Below, piece after piece: positions 53,226 through 60,000 of a DNA stretch of 60,000 bases. The notes under the pieces are model-generated. The model had not been told where the DNA came from, made no database searches, and saw only the letters and a program-made list of their open reading frames with translations. Each line of letters begins with the position of its first letter. Position 1 is the first letter of the stretch. This DNA is from Felis catus (Eukaryota): positions 187,676,001-187,736,000 of the forward strand of contig NC_058368.1 of NCBI RefSeq assembly GCF_018350175.1. The letters are read 5' to 3'. The translations under genes were made by a program, and so were the position numbers.

Positions 53226-54359
53226 GAAGTTGAAGAGAGTCTGTGGCTCTGGTGTGACTTGGAAAGATTCGGACTTCTGTCCCCCACACCTCCCAGGGGA
53301 CCTGCCTGAAGACTTCCAGGCATCTGTCGTCAGTGCAGCTTGTCGATAAGGAGCAGGCAGCTGAGTGGCGGTGCTTGGTTGCAGCAATGGGGACAAAAGG
53401 CTGGCCTGCTCACAGTCATGGGAGGAGGGGAGGAAATGTCTGCCAGGCACGTGCAACACCAGGAAACTCATAAAATCTTTTCTGGCTGTGAAATGTATTG
53501 TGCTTGGGAATAGTTGCTAAGCTGGGGTCTGCTGGCCAGCAATTAAGAGCAGGGACTGTAAGGTCGCTCCTAGATGTGTGAAACTAAGTTCTCTGAGCTT
53601 CTGGGGATCCGAACGCAACCTGCCTGGGAGGATCCAGTGCCCAACCCAGCATGAAGACTGCCCATGTGTGTGTGTTGGGTACTACTGAAGCACTTCCCAT
53701 TCTGCGTGGCCATTTCATCTCCATGGGGGGCATATTCCTAAACAGGAAACAAACGGCCTGTGGAGTTTGGTGCTCTTAGGTCCAGCGCCAACCCTGAGGA
53801 TTCAGACCCCACTCTGCCTGGCCCTGGCCCACAGTGTGGTGGGTCCGCAAGAAGCTTCTCCAGCCTGGGGAGCAGGTGAATTCAGATTCTTCAGTAATCC
53901 ATAGCCCCTTCCATTTGAGGCTAATCCTCTTGGGCCTGGTGGCTGGGAAAAAGGCAGAGCTCTGAAAGGTTTGAAAAGCTCTGAGGGCAGGGAGGAAACT
54001 AATCTCACTGAGCACATCTGCCAGTTAGAATAGATTGCTGGCTGCCAGAAATGGTGTGGAAGAGTCTTAATGCCACCCTGAGTATGATGCATGTTTTTGC
54101 CGGGCTGTGACCTTCACCTTGCCACCTTCTGCCCTGGGGAAGAAAAGAGCACTTGTATCTACTGAGTGCCTGCTAACAGTGTTGGCTTAGTTCGGCACAA
54201 GGTTCAGGTAAAATTGGACAACTGTGCAAGAAAATTTTTTCTTTTTAAGTTGTACAAAGAATATATGATCATGGGAGAAAAAATTAGGGAATATAGATAA
54301 TCTGATATCATCGGAGAACAATTTAAATGGCCCTAAATTCAACTATCAACAGAGTACCT

Positions 54360-54800
54360 GGGCGCCTAGGTGGGTCAGTCGGTTAAGAGTCTGACTCCTG
54401 ATTTCAGCCCAGGTCATGATCTCACTGTCATGAGATCTAGTCCTATCTCGGGCTCTGTGCTGAATGTGGAGCCTTCCCTCCCTCCCTCTCTCCCCCCTCA
54501 CAGGGCACCTGGGTGGCTCAGTCAGTTAAGCATCCTACTCTTGGTTTTGGCTTGGGTCATGATCTCAGATTCGTGAGGTTCAAGCCCCACCATGGGCTCT
54601 GCACTGACAGCACCGAGCCTGCCTGCAATTCTGTCTCTCCCCCTCTCTCTCTGCCCCTCTCTCACTCTCTCAAAATAAGCAAACTTAAAGAAAAAGATTC
54701 TCTCTCTCTCTCTCTCTCTCTCTCCCACTTTGCCCCCTCCCCTGCTCACGCTCTCTCAAAACAAAACAAAACAAAGCAAAACAAAACAAAACAAAACAAG
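54360..54800 (+). mobile_element. SINE with a nested or tandem second SINE (54502-54695) and a (CAAAA)n tail
   Basis: Two SINE heads; the remainder of the first element (gattctctctc...) resumes after the second. Confidence 0.8.
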
Positions 54801-55534
54801 AAAGAGAATACCATTCATTCTTTGAACGAATATTCATTGGGCAGCTACTCTGTATCAGGCACCGTGCTGGGACCTGGGGGCACAGCTGCAAATGGGTCAG
54901 ACACGGTTCCTGTCCTCATGGGCTTAGGCCCATTAATGACCTATTGGTCAGGTGCTAGCCATTGATATCAATACTTGATACTAAGCAATCTGAGCATGAG
55001 AAGTGCCTTAATGACAGCCAGTGGCCTCTGAACCGACCGCTGGAGGACACACAGGAAGGTGAGTGAAGGGATGAGCAATCCCAGCCAGAGGAGAGGTCCT
55101 GCATTTAGGGAGGGTGTGGGGGCTGGAGAGGCCCGGTCAGCCCTCCCCACCCCAGGATTTCCAGCCATACAGGAGGCTCTCCCACCTTGGACAGCATTGA
55201 TCTTGCCTGTCCTGCCTGAGTTGTCCACGTGTGCAAGACCAGGGAAGGTGTGAGCTGTGGAGGCGGTGCTGTGCCAGGCTTAGGCCCTGCTGGATAAGGG
55301 CTCCGGCAGCCGAGGCTCTGGGGTGGCTGTAAGCTGCATAGGAGCCGGTCAGCCATCAGTCTCCACTCTTTGCTGTTTTGTATATTTCCACTTGCTCAGT
55401 TCTTGCCCATCAAAGATCAGAGCCTCACATCACACCATCTTTGCCCATTTAGTGGACTCTTTTAAAGCTTGCAGAGAAAATAGAGACACTGGCTTCCCAG
55501 AGTCCAATGTTTCATTTCTTGGTGACACTTTTTT

Positions 55535-55731
55535 GACATTTTTTTTGTTTTTTGAGAGAGACAGAGCATGAGTGGGGGAGGGGCAGAGAGAGGGAGAAAC
55601 AGACTATGAAGCCGTCTCCAGTCTCTGAGCTGTCAGTACAGAGCCTGACACGGGGCTCCAGCTTCCAAACTGTGAGATCGTGACCTGAGCCAAAGTCAGA
55701 CACTTAACCAACTGAGCTACCCAGGTGCCCC
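55535..55731 (-). mobile_element. Carnivore SINE
   Basis: SINE consensus. Confidence 0.88.
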
Positions 55732-56552
55732 TCTTGGGGACATTTTTTGAGGCCTTCCTGAGAAATGTGTTGTATCTGCTGTAAGGCAGCCTGAAGCGGC
55801 TACTTCCTCATCTCTCCTAAGAAGCATGAAAGTCTGGTGAGAACTGGGTCACAGGGTACTCACAGTTGTGCACAGGTGTGCGGACCCTTTGTCACATGCT
55901 CTCTGAGCTCAGCTGGGCCACCCCACCGCCTCTTCCAACACTCACTCAGCAGTGTTCTGCTCCTGCTTAGGCTGGGCTCGGAGGCTACGGGCACCACACC
56001 AAAGCCAGGCCTCAGGGATCACCATGTGATGTGGGGCTTGGCCAGAACAAGGACAGTGGTCGGGGAAGGCTTTCAAGGGTGAAGGGTGGGGAGAGGTTGG
56101 CAGAGTGAACAGGGGAAGGGGAAGGGTGATCCAGGCTGTGTAGATGAAGGCTCATGGGGAAGGGGGGCACGGGGCTTTCGGAGAGTGCAGTGACAGAGGC
56201 CTCAGCCAGGTGTGCGTGGTTTCCTCAGGGTGAGGTGGGTTTAGGCTGGGGGGCCTGCAGCCGCCCCACCTGCAGAGCTTTCCCCAGTGGGAGCTGCCAC
56301 TGGAGCTCTCCACCACTGGTGACCGCTGGGGATTGTTCTGTAAATACCTCAGTTCCCTTGACCCTTGAGGATAACTCAAGACTCGTGTTTAATTTTTGTT
56401 TGTATCTAACTCTATGTGGCTTTATTTCATGGCATTTATTTCCAGGATCTTCCGGTATTTACTCATTGTTCCTTCAGAGGAACCTTCTGAGCCGTGTGAC
56501 GTGCCTGTTTGTGGGGTTTCACATTTTTTTGCCACTGCCCATGGATATGAGT

Positions 56553-57115
56553 ATATCCCAGTTATCTATTCCTGCCAAACAAATCATCCCTAAACTTGGT
56601 GATTTAAACAACAGTGATATGTGGGAAGCCTGAGTGGCCCAGTCGGATAAGCAACCAGCCTTCAGCTTAGGGCATGCTCTCCTGGTTTGTGAGTTCGAGC
56701 CCCCCGTCGGAGGGGCTCCAGCTCAGAGCCTGGAGCCTGCTTGGGATTCTCTCTCACCCTCTGTCTCTCTGTTCCTCCCTCCTCTTTCTCTCTTAAAAAT
56801 AAATAAATAAACACTAAAAAACAAAACAAAAAAACAGCAATGTGGGTTGCATGGGGTTTCCTCTGCTGGTTTCACCTATGCTCATTCAAACAGTGCTGGA
56901 GGGGCTGGGCTAGAAGGTCCTGGATGGTCTCGCTCTCATGTCTGAGAGTTGGCGCTGGCTGTCACCTGGGTTCCTCTGTTCTTGTGGCCTCTCCACCTCC
57001 AGCAGGCTAGGCTTGCTTCCTTACATGATGGTCTCAGCATGGCACTCCAAGGGAGGAAGAAGGTGGGAGTTGCATGGCCTCTTTAAAGCCTCACCTCAGA
57101 AGTCCATAGTGTTAC
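56553..57115 (-). mobile_element. MaLR LTR (MLT1G/H/J-like) interrupted by a SINE (56622-56835 +)
   Basis: cagttatctattcctg...ccctaaacttggtgatttaaacaac; ctctcatgtctg...ggcgctggctgtc; ccttacatgatggtctcag. Confidence 0.65.
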
Positions 57116-57129
57116 CCCCATCCCAGTTG

Positions 57130-57730
57130 CATTAAGATATAATTGACACATAATGTCATGTTAGTTTTCAAGTGTATAAAAATGATTTGATGTATGTACC
57201 TATTGTACGCATGTAAGTTTAGTTGACATCCATCATCTCACACAGTTACAAATGTTTTTCTAATGATAAGAACTTTTAAGATCTCTCTTAGCAGCTGTCA
57301 AATACACAGTACAGCATTGTTAACTAGTCACCATACTGTACCTTACATCCCCGGGGCCAATTTATAGCTGGAAGTTTGTACCTTTTGACCCCCTTCACAA
57401 GTTTCCGCCATCCCTGCCTCTGGTAGTCACCAGTCAGTTCTTTGTACCTTTGAGTTTGGCTTTTTCAGATTCTGCATGTAAGTGAGATAGATCATGCAGT
57501 ATTTGTCTTTCTCTGCCTGATTTATTTCACTTAGCATAATGCCCTCAAGGTTTATCCATGTTGTCGCAAATGGCAGGATTTCCTTCTTTGTATGGCTGAA
57601 TATTATTCTATTGTATATAAATACCGCGTTTTCTCTGTCCATTCATCAGTGGATACTCAGGTTGTTTCTCAGTCTTGGCTATTGTAATTAATGCTGCAGT
57701 GAACACAGGGGTACGGATAACTTCAAGATC
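57130..57730 (-). mobile_element. Carnivore L1 3' fragment
   Basis: gtatttgtctttctctgcctgatttatttcacttagcataatgccctcaaggtttatccatgttgtcgcaaatggcaggatttccttc; the track's KKEILPFATTWINLEGIMLSEI peptide is typical of the L1 3' end. Confidence 0.9.
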
Positions 57731-58393
57731 ATGTTCCCTTTCTGGCTTTCCTCCCTTTCCTGTCTTCTCCCACTTACCAGTCTTTCCTAGGCTCACCTCC
57801 TAAGCAAACTGTTTCTGAGGGAATCCAAGCTGAAAAGCTATTGACAGGGTTTGAACCCAGTACTGAGGACAGTAGAGAGCCATTGAGGGGCTTTTCTATA
57901 TGTGGGGGGACAGGATCAAATTTGCAAGGTCATTCTGACTATGGCTGTCTGACCCCGTGACCAGTCCTGACATTGTGTTAGTGAGGACCAGGCGGGAGTG
58001 GAGAGGGGGCTCCCTCATCCTCCAGGCCCTCACTGCTGTTTCTAACTGCCATGGAGTGCCTTCTTTGTTCCACGTGCTGGTCTGAACATGTGGTGTGCAT
58101 TTTCTTGTTGTATCTGACAAAACTCTTAGGTTCCATTTTATAGATGAGGGAACTGAGGCATGGAAAGGCCTCTGTGCACAATCACCTGTGCACAATCACA
58201 CAGCTGGACATGATGACTTGGGGATTTAAGCGCAGGGTTGGCAGATCCAAAATGTGTGTTTTTAGTCGCTTGGCAGTGGGGCCTTTTGGCTCTCTGTGCT
58301 CCGTGCCAGCACTGTCCAGGCACCGTGAGGTGGGCCTTTGCTTCCTGGGTGCAGGCAAGTGCTGTCTTCCAGTAACGTCTGCTTCTCCTGCAG

Positions 58394-58696
58394 GTAAGTT
58401 CGAGGACAGGGAAGACCACGTGCCCAAGCTGGAGCAGATAAACAGTACAAGGGTCCTGAACGGCCAGAACTTCACCCTCACCAAGAAGGAGCTGCTCAGC
58501 ACAGAGCTGCTGCTCCTGGAAGCCTTCAGCTGGAACCTCTGCCTGCCCACACCCGCCCACTTTCTGGACTACTACCTCTCAGCCTCCGTCAGCCAGAAGG
58601 ATCGGCACTGCCACAGCTGGCCCGCCACCTGCCCCCGCAAGACCAAAGAGTGCCTCAAGGAGTATGCCCACTACTTCCTAGAGGTTACCCTGCAAG
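58394..58696 (+). CDS. CCNJL: Cyclin J-like, third coding exon (SKFEDREDHVPKLEQINSTRVLNGQNFTLTKKELLSTELLLLEAFSWNLCLPTPAHFLDYYLSASVSQKDRHCHSWPATCPRKTKECLKEYAHYFLEVTLQ); gene continues past the window
   Basis: Acceptor ctcctgcag|GT completes the codon A+GT (Ser), giving the cyclin LASKFE motif. The E-LLL-F-W-L-PT-F cyclin motif is present. Donor CAAG|gtgcgg; 303 nt, phase 1 to phase 1. Confidence 0.96.
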
Positions 58697-59242
58697 GTGC
58701 GGCCCTACGTCGGGACCCGGTAGCCCCTTCCCCACACACACAGAGGCTGGGATCTGAGAGACATGTCCACCCAGGGAGTCCTTGCTGACGGGGGCCCATC
58801 CACCCAGATCACTCCCACTTCTCAGGGGATACACAGAGAAGGAGCTAGGATTCTCCCAAAGTACTGCCAACACCATGTAAAGGAGAAATAAAGCAGGTGA
58901 TATACATACAGGCAGCCGGCACCCTACAAACTTACTGATCACCTGGTAGTTTTTCTTACAGTAACCTGGAATATTCCAAGTGATCCAAATGGGAGAGATT
59001 TGCAAGTAGGTCATTTTGGAAGAGCAGTCGTCGTACAGATAGGGTGGGGGAGGGGGTATGTTTTAGTAATAAAGTTCAGCAATAAAGTTATCCTGTTTGG
59101 GGACCTCATGTGAATCCCACTCTTCCCATTGTCTTAGTATCTAGGTACTAGGTAAAATACCAGGTCAGAAATACTGTTGATACAATACCCAGTAACCCAC
59201 CACAAACCAAAATGGTCCCAAGTAACAATGTAAACAGTTACA

Positions 59243-59455
59243 GGGGCACCCGGGTGGCTCAGTCGGTTGGGCGTCTGACTTTGGCTCAGGGCATGGTCTT
59301 GCAGTCTGTGAGTTCAAGCCCCATGTCGGGTTCTGCACTGACAGCTCAGAGTCTGGAGCCTGCTTCAGGTTCGTCTCCATCTCTGCCCCTCCCCTGCTCT
59401 CACTGTGTGTCTCTTTCTCTCAAAAATAAAATAAAAACATTTAAAAAATTTTAAA
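59243..59455 (+). mobile_element. Carnivore SINE
   Basis: SINE consensus; TSD-like aat(g/a)taaaca(g/a)ttaca. Confidence 0.9.
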
Positions 59456-59899
59456 AACCAATATAAACAATTACAATATCAGGCATTAATTGAGCATGTA
59501 CCATGTGCCAGGCACCTTATTGTAGTGCTTTGTGTATATTATGTCATTGAATTTCACAATGACTCCCCATGAAAATCACTTCTGTTATTCCTGTTTTACC
59601 AATCCGTTTCCTCAACTGATGCTCAAGAGGTGAAGTAACTTACCCAAGGTCATTGCTAAGATTTGAATCTGAGGCGTCTGACTCTGTAACTGTGCCTGTA
59701 ACTGTAATGCCACCTGCCTTGACTCAGACTTTCACAGGCAAATGTGGAAGTTACCAAAAATCATAAACAATGTAAGACAGGATGATAATGCACAAATAAC
59801 CAGTGTCATTCACACAAAGAGTGGAAATTTGAACACTTTGCCTTTGCACATAAGTAGTGCCAGACTTTGCCATGTTGCCAGATATCTTAGTAGGACATT

Positions 59900-60000
59900 A
59901 AGATTCATTTCACAACATATACATATACCAAAAGATCATGTTGTACACCTTAAATGTGCATAGTTTTTTTATTTGCCAATCATATGTCAGAAAAGCTGAG
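59900..60000 (+). mobile_element. L1 extreme 3' end fragment
   Basis: catttcacaacatatacatatacc...catgttgtacaccttaaat...tttatttgccaat. Confidence 0.7.

Noticed and set aside
36432..58393. An additional coding exon between the second and third coding exons
   Set aside because: The flanking exons join directly in frame to give the canonical cyclin LASKFE motif, and I found no supported extra exon.
58144..58788. 214-aa ORF as a stand-alone gene
   Set aside because: Only 58394-58696 is exonic; the flanks are intronic and include MIR-like sequence.
1123..59455. Recurrent short ORFs such as MAQLVKHPTSAQVMISQF... and FFNVYLFLGQRETEHE... that look like a peptide family
   Set aside because: They are translations of carnivore SINE copies, not genes. 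The tRNA-like SINE heads are also not functional tRNA genes.
1..60000. CRISPR-like arrays, operons or another novel multi-gene system
   Set aside because: This is a eukaryotic intron-rich locus with no regularly spaced repeat-spacer array. The repeats are explained by known transposon classes, microsatellites or local duplication.

Overview
This is mammalian genomic DNA from a felid (cat family), judged from about 45 tRNA-derived carnivore SINEs that include young SINEC_Fc-type copies. It holds the 5' part of CCNJL (cyclin J-like) on the + strand. There is a CpG-island promoter (~6470-7620), a probable non-coding first exon, and three coding exons (7468-7533, 36218-36431, 58394-58696). These splice in frame into MMDEPWWEGRVASDVHCTLREK-ELKLPAFRAHSPLLKSRRFFVDIL...LLLA-SKFEDREDHVPKLEQIN...LEVTLQ, and the gene continues beyond the window. 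The rest is intron or upstream sequence filled with SINEs, L1/L2/MIR fragments, MaLR and ERV solo LTRs, a MER82 DNA transposon, a truncated U6 retrocopy and microsatellites. Almost all ORFs in the supplied track are spurious (repeats or GC-rich sequence). I see no evidence of a new biological system. The most notable observations are a recursive-splice-type AG|GTAAGT junction at the start of an in-frame-skippable exon, a 99-bp templated local duplication with repair scars, possible uORFs, and repeated retrotransposon insertion at the same sites. Repeat boundaries are read by eye and are approximate; repeat family names come from recall, not a database search.
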